Positions 1-8,759 of a stretch of DNA of 64,000 bases are shown here, in pieces (within the stretch, counting starts at the first letter, position 1; each line of letters opens with the position of its first letter). The notes beneath the pieces were generated by a model. The model saw only the letters and a program-made list of their open reading frames with translations. It was not told where the DNA came from and made no database searches. A program made the translations under genes and the position numbers. The stretch spans positions 96,001-160,000 of the forward strand of contig CAZQQT010000003.1 in the NCBI GenBank assembly GCA_964595645.1, in the 5' to 3' direction. The DNA is from an uncultured Thermococci archaeon. Its GTDB lineage: Archaea > Methanobacteriota_B > Thermococci > Methanofastidiosales > B48-G16.

Positions 1-112
1 AAATATTTTTCTTACTCATATTAGTTTCTCCTGCAGGTCGAGTATGATCAAGGGATGTGTGAACCTGAATGATGTGAGGTTCTCTCCCTATGAGTTCATG
101 ACGGGGATGGAA

Positions 113-187
113 CGGGCCCGACGGGATTTGAACCCGCGACGCCCGGCTTAAAAGGCCGGTGCTCTCACCAGTCTGAGCTACGGGCCC
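113..187 (-). tRNA. tRNA-Lys (UUU)
   Basis: Reverse complement GGGCCCGTAGCTCAG...CCGGC-CT-TTT-AA-GCCGG...GGTTCAAATCCC...GGGCCCG folds as a cloverleaf; anticodon TTT. Confidence 0.95.
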
Positions 188-193
188 CTAAAA

Positions 194-269
194 CGCCCGG
201 GCCGGGATTCGAACCCGAGTCACGGGAGTGACAGTCCCGTATGATACGACCGGACTACACCACCCGGGC
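194..269 (-). tRNA. tRNA-Asp (GUC)
   Basis: Reverse complement GCCCGGGTGGTGTAGT...CGGGA-CT-GTC-AC-TCCCG...GGTTCGAATCCC...; anticodon GTC. Confidence 0.95.
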
Positions 270-338
270 ATTATTAAGGCTATTTAATGAGTATATGGGT
301 TTTCCCCTAATTTATTCTATTTTTTTATTTTATGAAGA

Positions 339-453
339 GCCGGCAGCGAATTGAAATTCCCGCCATAAGGCAGTACCACTCAAAACGTGGGAAGGCTTAA
401 CTTCCGTGTTCGACATGGGTACGGGTGTATCCCTTCCACTGTGGCCGCCGTAC
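339..453 (-). rRNA. rrf: 5S rRNA (ends approximate)
   Basis: Reverse complement TACGGCGGCCACAG...ACACCCGTACCCATGTCGAACACGGAAGTTAAGCC...TCGCTGCCG has 5S hallmarks; lies upstream of tRNA-Asp and tRNA-Lys. Confidence 0.93.
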
Positions 454-473
454 AGAACGTGGTGAGATAGTGG

Positions 474-492
474 GATATAAAAAGCTTTCGGT
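474..492 (-). promoter_or_regulatory. BRE/TATA promoter of the 5S-tRNA operon
   Basis: Minus strand ACCGAAAGCTTTTTATAT about 22 nt upstream of the 5S 5' end. Confidence 0.7.
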
Positions 493-521
493 GATTTTCA
501 AATAAAGAAGCATTATTCGCC

Positions 522-1475
522 CTACGTTTCCCAAAAATCTTTTTTGGTCAGATGACCTCCGTACTCTGATTTCAAAATCGTGATAGCAGCCTGAGGAGAG
601 ATGATACCTTTTTCTGTGATGATAAGATCGATAAGTTCAGGTGGTGTTACATCGAAGGCAGGATTTCTCACCCTTATATTTCCTATTTCTTCTTTTTTTT
701 CCTCAGAAATTACTTCTCTCCAATTTCTCTCCTCTATTTCAATAAGTTTTCCTGCAAGAGTTTCTGGATGGAATTTATACGTTTCTGCAGCCACAATTAA
801 ATCTACTCTAGCTTCTTCAGCTAAAACAGCTAATGCTGATGTTCCTATCTTGTTTACAACAGCTCCATTTGCAGCAACAGCATCTGCACCAATGATGGCA
901 AGGTCCATATCGGCCATGAAGTATCGGGCAGCGCTGTCCACTATCAAACTTGTAGGTATTCCTTCATTACAGAGTGTTTTGGCTGTGAGATGTCCCTGGT
1001 ATCTCGGTCTCGTTTCTCTCACAAAGACTTCAAACTCCTTTCCTCTTTTAAAGGCTGTTGTGATTACAGAGATGGCACAACTACTGTTGCAATGGGTGAT
1101 TATTTTATCTCCCTCCTGAATCCTGTTCGCCCCTATCTTTCCTATTTCTCTTACCGCAGAGATAGAAAGCTCGATGAACTCTTGAGATCTCCGTATTATT
1201 GTGGATTGCAATGAGTCCAGATCTGTGGAAAAATCTATGTCTTTAACCACATACCTGAGAGAGTTAGCGAGAGACACAGCTGTTGGTCGAGTACTTACCA
1301 AAAACTTCGCATTATCTTTTAGTTCCTTTATAAACTCCTCCTTTGTCCCTGAAAACTTTTCACAGAACCGTTTTATTGCTTCTGCTGTTTTTCTTCCAAT
1401 CTTTGCAGCACCTCTAATCTCCATATTTTTTATTTTTTTACCGGTCTCAACAATATACTCATCCATGGGATCCAC
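522..1475 (-). CDS. Ribose-1,5-bisphosphate isomerase (eIF-2B-like family)
   Basis: MEIRGA, RPTAVSL, THCNS, ETRPRYQG, GADA, NKIGT and NPAFDVTP motifs. Confidence 0.9.
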   Translation of the reverse strand: MDPMDEYIVETGKKIKNMEIRGAAKIGRKTAEAIKRFCEKFSGTKEEFIKELKDNAKFLVSTRPTAVSLANSLRYVVKDIDFSTDLDSLQSTIIRRSQEFIELSISAVREIGKIGANRIQEGDKIITHCNSSCAISVITTAFKRGKEFEVFVRETRPRYQGHLTAKTLCNEGIPTSLIVDSAARYFMADMDLAIIGADAVAANGAVVNKIGTSALAVLAEEARVDLIVAAETYKFHPETLAGKLIEIEERNWREVISEEKKEEIGNIRVRNPAFDVTPPELIDLIITEKGIISPQAAITILKSEYGGHLTKKDFWET

Positions 1476-2124
1476 CCTTTCTTCTCTTTTTGCATTTATC
1501 TACTGCTGAGATGGCATATTGGATAGAAGGCTTAAGTTTCTGTGTTTTTGCGTACTGTGTTAAAAATCCTGCAATAAACGCGGCTCTATTTTCTTTCGTT
1601 ATCGTTACATCGAAGTTACCTTTCTCGAATGTTATTTTATCCCCCAAAATGATTCTTTTTCCCGGCCCTTCCTCCTCAGAAAAGATTATATCCGCTTTCA
1701 CATCTAATGTAGATGTTAAAAAGGGTTTTTTGTCCATGTTTACAAGTTTTTCTGCAAGCTCACGATCATCGGATATATGAATTATTTTCGTTTTTTTTAG
1801 AACGGCAGAGTCAAGTTCTAGAAGTTCATTTGCACCTTCAAAGATATACTCCTTATTAAGATGTATAATTCTTCCTGTTCTCTTTTTTGAAAGTATAAGA
1901 TCAGAGTAGTCCACTTTATAGGTTTCGAGAAGATCAGTAATTCCATACGAATCTTTTCCTACAGAGGCCATAATTCCCGTCTTTGCACCCAAAAAACTAC
2001 CATTTATTGCGGTATGCAAACACTCGCCCGTTATCCTCTCTTTTATTTTGTATATATGGTTATTTTTTACTTTATAAATCGTTTCTATATATATTTTCCC
2101 TACAGTAAGAAAATCAAGGACCAT
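1459..2124 (-). CDS. Degenerate PfkB/ribokinase-family protein (probable pseudokinase)
   Basis: PfkB-like N-terminus (VG...LGAKTGIMASVGKDSYG...VD...TG) and C-terminal AFIAGF; the GAGD motif is absent; only 221 aa. Confidence 0.65.
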   Translation of the reverse strand: MVLDFLTVGKIYIETIYKVKNNHIYKIKERITGECLHTAINGSFLGAKTGIMASVGKDSYGITDLLETYKVDYSDLILSKKRTGRIIHLNKEYIFEGANELLELDSAVLKKTKIIHISDDRELAEKLVNMDKKPFLTSTLDVKADIIFSEEEGPGKRIILGDKITFEKGNFDVTITKENRAAFIAGFLTQYAKTQKLKPSIQYAISAVDKCKKRRKGGSHG

Positions 2125-2148
2125 ATATATTGATATGGGAATTACTAT

Positions 2149-4788
2149 TTATATCTTTTCAGTTTGTTTTTTTACGAGATCATGATCTTTATAGAGGTAC
2201 TTAGCTATCTCAACTATCACGATAATGCCGATACTCGCGAGGAGAATCACGATCCAGCTCTGCAGTCCGAGAGAGGTAGTTCCTACATACTTTTGGAGGA
2301 AGGGGATATATATCACACATAACTGCATGGCAAATGACGTGAAAAACGCAGCGATGAGATACAGGTTGTTAAACAGCCCTAGTTTGAAGATAGAGTATCT
2401 CTCCGATTTACAGTTGAAGGAGTTGAAGATCTCTATCATGGTAAGGAGTGTGAAAGCCATTGTTTGAGCCTCAAGAAGACCGGCAGTCTGTTTTGTATAG
2501 TAAAATATAGGAAGTATTACTATCGTTTCATAGATTCCTACGCCTATGATAAGTGCGCTTATTCTACCTTTAAAGATGCTTTCACCCTTTTTTCTGGGGT
2601 TTCTTTGCATTATGTCCGGATCTTTTGGATCGACACTGAGTGCAATTGCAGGAAGCCCATCAGTAAGTAAATTTAAGAACAGGAGTTGGATAGCAATGAG
2701 GGGAAGACCAAGATCGAGGAACACCGCTAGTGTCATGATCAGGATCTCGCCAACATTTCCAGAAAGAAGATGTGCGAGATATTTCTTTATATTATCGTAG
2801 ATTCCTCGTCCCTCCTCTACAGCAGCCTCAATGGAAGCGAAGTTGTCATCGGTAAGAATCATGTCAGATGATTCCTTTGCTACATCTGTTCCTGTGATCC
2901 CCATAGCAATGCCGATGCTCGATTTCTTCAGCGCGGGTGCATCATTTACACCATCTCCCGTCATTGCCACAACTTCACCCTTCTTTTTAAGTGCGCTGAC
3001 AATCCTCATCTTATGTTCAGGAGAGACTCTGGCGTAGACCTTCACTCTTTCGACTATCTCTTCAAACTCTGCATCGCTCATTTCATTGAGTTCCTCCCCC
3101 ATGAGAATGAGGTCTCCTTCCTCGTAGATTCGTAACTCTTCTGCAATCGCTTTGGCTGTAAGTTTTTGATCCCCCGTGATCATCACTACCTTTATCCCTG
3201 ATTCTCCGCAGAGTTTTATAGCCCTCTCCGCCTCTTCTCTCGGCGGATCGAGCATCGCAGTAAGTGCAGTAAAAATGAGATTCTCTTCTTCGAGGGTGTC
3301 TCCTTCTTTGTATGCGAGGGCAAGTACACGGAGACCCTCAGAAGCAAACTTTTCGTTCATCTCTTGTATCTTCTTTTTGTCTTTGTTAGTTATCTCTCTT
3401 ACACCGTTTTTATCATGAATATACGAGCATTTTTCGAGAAGAATCTCTGGCGCTCCCTTTGCGTACACTTTATCATTCAGTACAGACATCATCTTTCTTT
3501 CGGAGGTAAAGCTCATCTCGTTCGTTCTTGGGAATTGTTCTTCCAATTTCGATTTTTCTAGTCCTATTTTCTTCGCGAGCACAAGAAGTGCACCTTCTGT
3601 CGGATCTCCGATAATTCCATAGCCTTTGTTGTGGGCAAGTTCAGCGTCATTACAGAGTACTGCTATTTTCCCCACAATACCTAGGGTATCAGAGTCAATT
3701 TTCTTCTTTTTCACATAGAAGTTCCCTTCCGAATCGTAGCCCACACCACTCACATCAATCACATCGTTGTGGAAGAAGAGTTTTTTGACCGTCATCTCGT
3801 TTTTGGTAAGTGTTCCAGTTTTATCAGTGCAGATGATTGTGGTGCATCCGAGCGTTTCTACTGCTGGTAATTTTCGTATGATTGCATTCCGTTTTACCAT
3901 TTTTTGTACGCCTAACGCGAGGGTAATGGTAACAACTGCCGGAAGTGCTTCAGGGACAGCAGCCACAGCGAGAGAGACTCCCCATATAAACATTTCCAGC
4001 GGCTCGTAGCCCCGTAGAATACCAATACCTGCAGCCACAAAACATATAATAAGCGCAGCGATTCCAAGAGTTTTTCCTAATCCTTCTAGATTCTTCTGGA
4101 GAGGAGTCATTTCCTTTTCCACGCCTTTAATCATCTTGGCTATCTTTCCAAATTCTGTCTCCATCCCCGTGCTGTACACGACACATTTCGCACGTCCAAA
4201 GGTTACTACGGTCCCGGAAAACACAATGTTAATTCTCTCAGCAAGAGGGAGATCCTTGGGAAGAGCTTCAGGAGATTTCGTAACAGGGACGGACTCACCT
4301 GTTAACGCGGCTTCGTCTACTCGAAGATTGTGACATGAAATGATTCTACAGTCTGCTGGGACTTTATCTCCCACATCCAAAAGAACGACGTCTCCAGGAA
4401 CAATTTCCGTTGTATCGATTGTTCTCTCGGTGCCATCTCTCACTACTCTGGCCTTGGGAGAGCTCATTTTCTTCAACGCTTCCAACGACTTTTCTGCCTT
4501 GTACTCTTGGACAAACCCCAAAATACCAGAGGCAACGAGTATAATTAATATAACAATAGCATCAGCAGTCTCACCAATAAAGAAGGAAACGATCACAGCA
4601 ATAATTAAGATGATCATGAGAAAATCCTTGAACTGACTCAGAAAGAGTGTCACTACTGAAATTCCTTTCTCTTCCTTCAGTTCATTCGGTCCATATTTCT
4701 CAAGCCGTTTTTCCACTTCTGCTTGTGTAAGTCCATGTTCTGTTGTTTCAAGTTCCTTCAGCACCTGAGATATACTCTTGGAATACAT
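2149..4788 (-). CDS. P-type (P2A, Ca2+-type) cation-transporting ATPase
   Basis: TGES, PEALP, DKTGT, KGAPE, TGD and GDGVND motifs; start moved to the ATG at 4788. Confidence 0.93.
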   Translation of the reverse strand: MYSKSISQVLKELETTEHGLTQAEVEKRLEKYGPNELKEEKGISVVTLFLSQFKDFLMIILIIAVIVSFFIGETADAIVILIILVASGILGFVQEYKAEKSLEALKKMSSPKARVVRDGTERTIDTTEIVPGDVVLLDVGDKVPADCRIISCHNLRVDEAALTGESVPVTKSPEALPKDLPLAERINIVFSGTVVTFGRAKCVVYSTGMETEFGKIAKMIKGVEKEMTPLQKNLEGLGKTLGIAALIICFVAAGIGILRGYEPLEMFIWGVSLAVAAVPEALPAVVTITLALGVQKMVKRNAIIRKLPAVETLGCTTIICTDKTGTLTKNEMTVKKLFFHNDVIDVSGVGYDSEGNFYVKKKKIDSDTLGIVGKIAVLCNDAELAHNKGYGIIGDPTEGALLVLAKKIGLEKSKLEEQFPRTNEMSFTSERKMMSVLNDKVYAKGAPEILLEKCSYIHDKNGVREITNKDKKKIQEMNEKFASEGLRVLALAYKEGDTLEEENLIFTALTAMLDPPREEAERAIKLCGESGIKVVMITGDQKLTAKAIAEELRIYEEGDLILMGEELNEMSDAEFEEIVERVKVYARVSPEHKMRIVSALKKKGEVVAMTGDGVNDAPALKKSSIGIAMGITGTDVAKESSDMILTDDNFASIEAAVEEGRGIYDNIKKYLAHLLSGNVGEILIMTLAVFLDLGLPLIAIQLLFLNLLTDGLPAIALSVDPKDPDIMQRNPRKKGESIFKGRISALIIGVGIYETIVILPIFYYTKQTAGLLEAQTMAFTLLTMIEIFNSFNCKSERYSIFKLGLFNNLYLIAAFFTSFAMQLCVIYIPFLQKYVGTTSLGLQSWIVILLASIGIIVIVEIAKYLYKDHDLVKKQTEKI

Positions 4789-5052
4789 GTGTACTCGTAC
4801 TGGTACATCTACGGAGATATATAAACCCTGTGGTCTCCTCAATATATATTAGTTTAAATTAATAAAGTTATATATCCATACGCTTTAAATTGTGCAATAA
4901 CTTTTTGTAGTCTCATTTATGGTGATCGATTATTATACACAAAATAGTACCCTTTATTATAGATTTTTTTAAGAAATTCTTTTTTAATAAATCTTTTAAA
5001 TAAAATTCTTTTTTTAGAAATCTTTTTATAGACTTTTATTCATAAGATTTTT

Positions 5053-5883
5053 TTAAATAGCTTCTTTATTTAAGGGATGACTCTTTTTGTATGTACTTTC
5101 TTTATACTTGTTTGTTACGTGAGTATACTGCTGTGTAGTAGAGAGGTCGCTATGTCCAAGGAGATCTTTGATGACAACAATATCTGCATCATTTTGAAGT
5201 AGGTGAGTAGCAAAGGTGTGTCTCAGCGTATGGGGTGTGACGTCTTTCTCTATATTTGCCTTTTCAGCATATTTTTTTACGATACTTTGTACAGAACGCT
5301 GAGACATTCTTTCTCCATATTTATTTAGTATTAAGGCATTTTTTTCTTTTTTTCTTTCTTTTATGTATTTTTTCACTAATTTTTTTGTGTTTTCATCCAT
5401 AAATACAATTCTATCCTTTGATCCTTTCCCTAAATGTACAAAAACTTTTTCTTCTTCGATATCATTGACATTTAACTTACATAACTCGGAGACACGCAGT
5501 CCAGTAGCGTATAGAAGCTGTATTATCACTTTATCTCTCAAATTATCGGCGGCATTTAATAAAGCCTTTATCTCGCTACGATTTAGGAATACAGGAAGAG
5601 TCTTAGAGACCCGTGGAAGATCGATATCTTCAGCGATTTTCATGTTTTTTGTCTTATAAAAACATTTGATAGCACTTAAATATCTGTATAAGGTCTTTAA
5701 AGATAAATTTTTTTCCTTTTGGAGCTTGAACATGTATTTTTTTATTTCTTTAGCCTTTATTTTTTCATAAGGCTTGCCAATGTCTTCAAAAAAGTTTTTC
5801 AACGTATTTTTGTAGTTCCTTATTGTGTTATCAGAGTATCCTTTCAAGCTCATCTCCATCTCAAAGTCTTCTATCGCTTTCAT
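5053..5883 (-). CDS. xerA: Tyrosine recombinase XerA (XerC/D family)
   Basis: Intact catalytic set GLRVSE, GKGSK, HTLRH, LLGH and TQQY; likely start is ATG 5883 behind the SD-like GAAGGTG. Confidence 0.9.
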   Translation of the reverse strand: MKAIEDFEMEMSLKGYSDNTIRNYKNTLKNFFEDIGKPYEKIKAKEIKKYMFKLQKEKNLSLKTLYRYLSAIKCFYKTKNMKIAEDIDLPRVSKTLPVFLNRSEIKALLNAADNLRDKVIIQLLYATGLRVSELCKLNVNDIEEEKVFVHLGKGSKDRIVFMDENTKKLVKKYIKERKKEKNALILNKYGERMSQRSVQSIVKKYAEKANIEKDVTPHTLRHTFATHLLQNDADIVVIKDLLGHSDLSTTQQYTHVTNKYKESTYKKSHPLNKEAI

Positions 5884-5887
5884 TCTT

Positions 5888-5921
5888 ACACCTTCGTATA
5901 ACATACATTATACGAAGTTAC
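5888..5921. other. loxP-like / dif-like recombination site overlapping the xerA 5' region
   Basis: ACACCTTCGTATA-ACATACAT-TATACGAAGTTAC has inverted arms, 30/34 identity to loxP, and also reads as an 11-6-11 dif-like site. Confidence 0.8.
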
Positions 5922-5937
5922 TATTTAAAGGTTTCGG
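5922..5937 (-). promoter_or_regulatory. BRE/TATA promoter of xerA
   Basis: Minus strand CGAAACCTTTAAATA directly abuts the lox-like site. Confidence 0.7.
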
Positions 5938-5974
5938 TCCAAATCAGCTCCATGTCGAAAATTGCATTTTTCAG

Positions 5975-5996
5975 TGAAATACCCCGGGGTATTTCA
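5975..5996. repeat. Perfect 22-bp palindrome
   Basis: TGAAATACCCCGGGGTATTTCA equals its own reverse complement. Confidence 0.85.
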
Positions 5997-6387
5997 AGAC
6001 AAAAATACTGTTTTTCACACTTTGGCGAAAAATAGATACTTAATCCGGTATACGGCGGCGAGGATTGTGTGATTGTGTAGGAAGAAACAGTTTATAAAAA
6101 ATTTTTTTAAAAAATCGAAAAAATTTAATTAAACTTCTAGAAAGAGTATATAAAATTTAGTTCTTTTTTATAGATTTAAACTATTAAGTTTAAATTAAAG
6201 ACTCTAATTTTTAAGATTCTATTTATTATATCTTTTATAATACATATATTTTTCAGCATAATAGTTTTGTTCTATTTTTGAGACTTCAAAAAATTTTTGC
6301 ACAATTTACAATGTTTCATTATTTAAGCATATATTTTTATCATCCGCGAACAGAAAATTTTTTATCTTTTGATAAGAAGTATTCACT

Positions 6388-6591
6388 ATGGCGAGAAAGA
6401 AAAGTGAGATTGAGAAATTGAACATGACAATGGATCTCTCTACGCTTACTACCTACTTGGATGATCTCCAAAGGAGATGGTCCTTCAGTACCATTCGTCA
6501 GGTGTCGATTCGTGAAGGACGAAGAAGAACTGTTGCAACAATTGATAAACTGTTTGAAGATCTTAGAGAAGAAATTAAGACTCTAAAGTGA
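6388..6591 (+). CDS. Small hypothetical protein (67 aa)
   Basis: ATG-started ORF with protein-like composition after an AT-rich tract and a TATA-like element; no family recognised. Confidence 0.6.
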   Translation: MARKKSEIEKLNMTMDLSTLTTYLDDLQRRWSFSTIRQVSIREGRRRTVATIDKLFEDLREEIKTLK

Positions 6592-6676
6592 GACAAAATC
6601 TATGATGTGTCTAAATGATATTTTTTGACCTTTTAACCTAGGTTAATAAGATAAAAAAATATGAAGAAAGAACGTG

Positions 6677-8125
6677 TTATTGTTTCTTCCTTAAAACATC
6701 TACAAGATCCGCTATTTTCACCCGTTCCTGCTCCATGGAGTCCCTATCTCGTATCGTGACGGTGTCGTCTTCTAGTGTATCGTAATCGATGGTGATGCAG
6801 TATGGTGTTCCTATCTCATCCTGCCTCCTGTACCGTTTCCCGATAGATCCTGAGTCATCGTACCGTACGCGGAATTCCTTCGAAAGGATGCTGTAGACTT
6901 TCTGTGCTTTTTTTGCAAGGTTATCCTTACTCATCAGCGGGAAAACAGCACAGTAGTAAGGTGCTACTCTTTTTGGAAGTTTTAACGTTGTTCTTTTTTC
7001 AGTTTCTTCGTAACCGATATCGAGCAGTGCCCATAAGTTCCTATCTATCCCAAAACTTAACTCTAACACATGCGGAATAAACTTTTTCCCGTCTACATGC
7101 ACCGTTAAGTTTTCATTGGACAACTTCTGGTGCCTTGAAAGGTCGTGATCCGTTCTATAGTGGATCCCAGCCACTTCCTTAAATCCTCCAATGGAGTCCA
7201 TTTTTAGTTCAATATCCCAGTGGATCTTGTTGTAGAACGCTTTCTCATCTTCAGAAAGTTCTCTAAATCTAAAGATCTCTTTTGGAAGGTTTAACGTCTC
7301 GAGATAAAAATCTTGGATTTTTGCCATGTGGAATACATAAAATCTTGGCAGATCGAGATCCTTACATCTTACTTCTCTTGTTTTTTTTCCCCTATTCTCT
7401 ATAGCGCAGATTCGTAGTTTCTTCTCCTTTACCGAATCGAAATTTTCATGGGTGTCAAAGTTATCGGGATCGAAGAATATCTGAAGTTCGGCCTGATGGA
7501 ACTCTCGCAGACGGTAGAATCCTTGTCGTGGAGAAATTTCATTTCTAAACGCCTTTCCTACAATTGCGAGACCTAGCGGTATTTTATTTCTCTGTGCGAT
7601 GAAGGATCGTTTAAACGCTAAAAAAGCACCTTGGGCTGTTTCCGGTCGCAGGTACCCCTGAATAACAGAATCTCCAGCACCTATCTCTGATCCAAACATA
7701 AGATTGAAAAATTTTACACTCAATGGCCCTTTACACTGTGGACATCGCAGGTCGTGTTCATTGATGACTTCCTCTATCTCCTCTAGATTCATCCCTTCGG
7801 AGGAGATTTCTAGTTGTTCCTCGGTGAGATCATCAGCTTTGTAGCGGGAGTGGCAAGAGCTACACTCTGCAAGAATATCATTAAAGCTTTCAAGATGCCC
7901 CGATGCTTCGAACACTTCCTTGGGCAGTATATTTGACGTTGAAACTTCATGGAAGTTGGGATGCAACCCCAGAAAATGGGATCTCCAGAGGGTTTCCCAT
8001 GAATTCTTTATCTTCGTCCCCAGTGGTCCGTAGTCCCAGAATCCTTTTACACCACCGTATATTTCAGCAGAGGGAAAAAGTATTCCCCGTCTCAGACAGA
8101 GGTTCATTATTTCATCAGTTTTCAT
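6677..8125 (-). CDS. glyS: Glycine--tRNA ligase (alpha2 type)
   Basis: IYGG, DYGPLG, LRPETAQG, FRNEISPR, LREF and HVLELSFGIDR motifs; anticodon domain SIGKRYRRQDEIGTP. Confidence 0.95.
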   Translation of the reverse strand: MKTDEIMNLCLRRGILFPSAEIYGGVKGFWDYGPLGTKIKNSWETLWRSHFLGLHPNFHEVSTSNILPKEVFEASGHLESFNDILAECSSCHSRYKADDLTEEQLEISSEGMNLEEIEEVINEHDLRCPQCKGPLSVKFFNLMFGSEIGAGDSVIQGYLRPETAQGAFLAFKRSFIAQRNKIPLGLAIVGKAFRNEISPRQGFYRLREFHQAELQIFFDPDNFDTHENFDSVKEKKLRICAIENRGKKTREVRCKDLDLPRFYVFHMAKIQDFYLETLNLPKEIFRFRELSEDEKAFYNKIHWDIELKMDSIGGFKEVAGIHYRTDHDLSRHQKLSNENLTVHVDGKKFIPHVLELSFGIDRNLWALLDIGYEETEKRTTLKLPKRVAPYYCAVFPLMSKDNLAKKAQKVYSILSKEFRVRYDDSGSIGKRYRRQDEIGTPYCITIDYDTLEDDTVTIRDRDSMEQERVKIADLVDVLRKKQ

Positions 8126-8200
8126 CTATTCACCTACATTATGAATGCTATCTATGGTACAGGGCAAACGATTTATAAAAAGATTTGCTTATACGATCAG

Positions 8201-8755
8201 ATGTATGATGTATATCCACCATCAGAAGATACGTTTTTACTGTTGGACACGTTGAAAAAAGAAGATGTAGAAGGAAAAAGTTGTTTAGAGATAGGGGTGG
8301 GATCAGGAGCGATCACCGAGTTCCTCTCACAGTACAACACTGTCGATGGCGTTGATATAAACTCAAAAGCTATTGAGGTTACGCGGAAAAAATGTGAGAA
8401 TGCGAACATCTTTTACAGCGACCTTTTTTCTCATATTGACAAAACGTATGATGTGATCGTATTTAACCCACCCTATGTACCTGAAAAACAGAGATTTGAT
8501 CATATGTACGATAGGTCGTGGTATGGTGGAGAAAATGGGAGAGTAGTAATAGATAGATTTCTCGCCGAGTTCGATGATTTTTTGAACCTGGAAGGCTGTG
8601 CGTATCTATTACAGTCCTCCCTTAGCGATCCGCTGAAGACACTGCGTATCCTAAAACAGAAGGGATTTATCAGTGAGATACTGGCACGGAAAAAATTATT
8701 TTTTGAGGAACTTACAGTTATAAAAAGTAGAAGAGAGAAGTACTACCAATGGTGA
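8201..8755 (+). CDS. HemK2/MTQ2-family protein methyltransferase
   Basis: VYPPSEDT, LEIGVGSG and FNPPY motifs; start at ATG 8201. Confidence 0.9.
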   Translation: MYDVYPPSEDTFLLLDTLKKEDVEGKSCLEIGVGSGAITEFLSQYNTVDGVDINSKAIEVTRKKCENANIFYSDLFSHIDKTYDVIVFNPPYVPEKQRFDHMYDRSWYGGENGRVVIDRFLAEFDDFLNLEGCAYLLQSSLSDPLKTLRILKQKGFISEILARKKLFFEELTVIKSRREKYYQW

Positions 8756-8759
8756 TCGA

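Noticed and set aside
5884-5904. ORF-track start of xerA at 5904
   Set aside because: It lies within the lox-like spacer, only about 18 nt from the TATA box; ATG 5883 has an SD and is more plausible
5053-6591. xerA region as a provirus or integrated element
   Set aside because: No flanking att repeats, adjacent tRNA or viral/plasmid genes; neighbours are housekeeping genes
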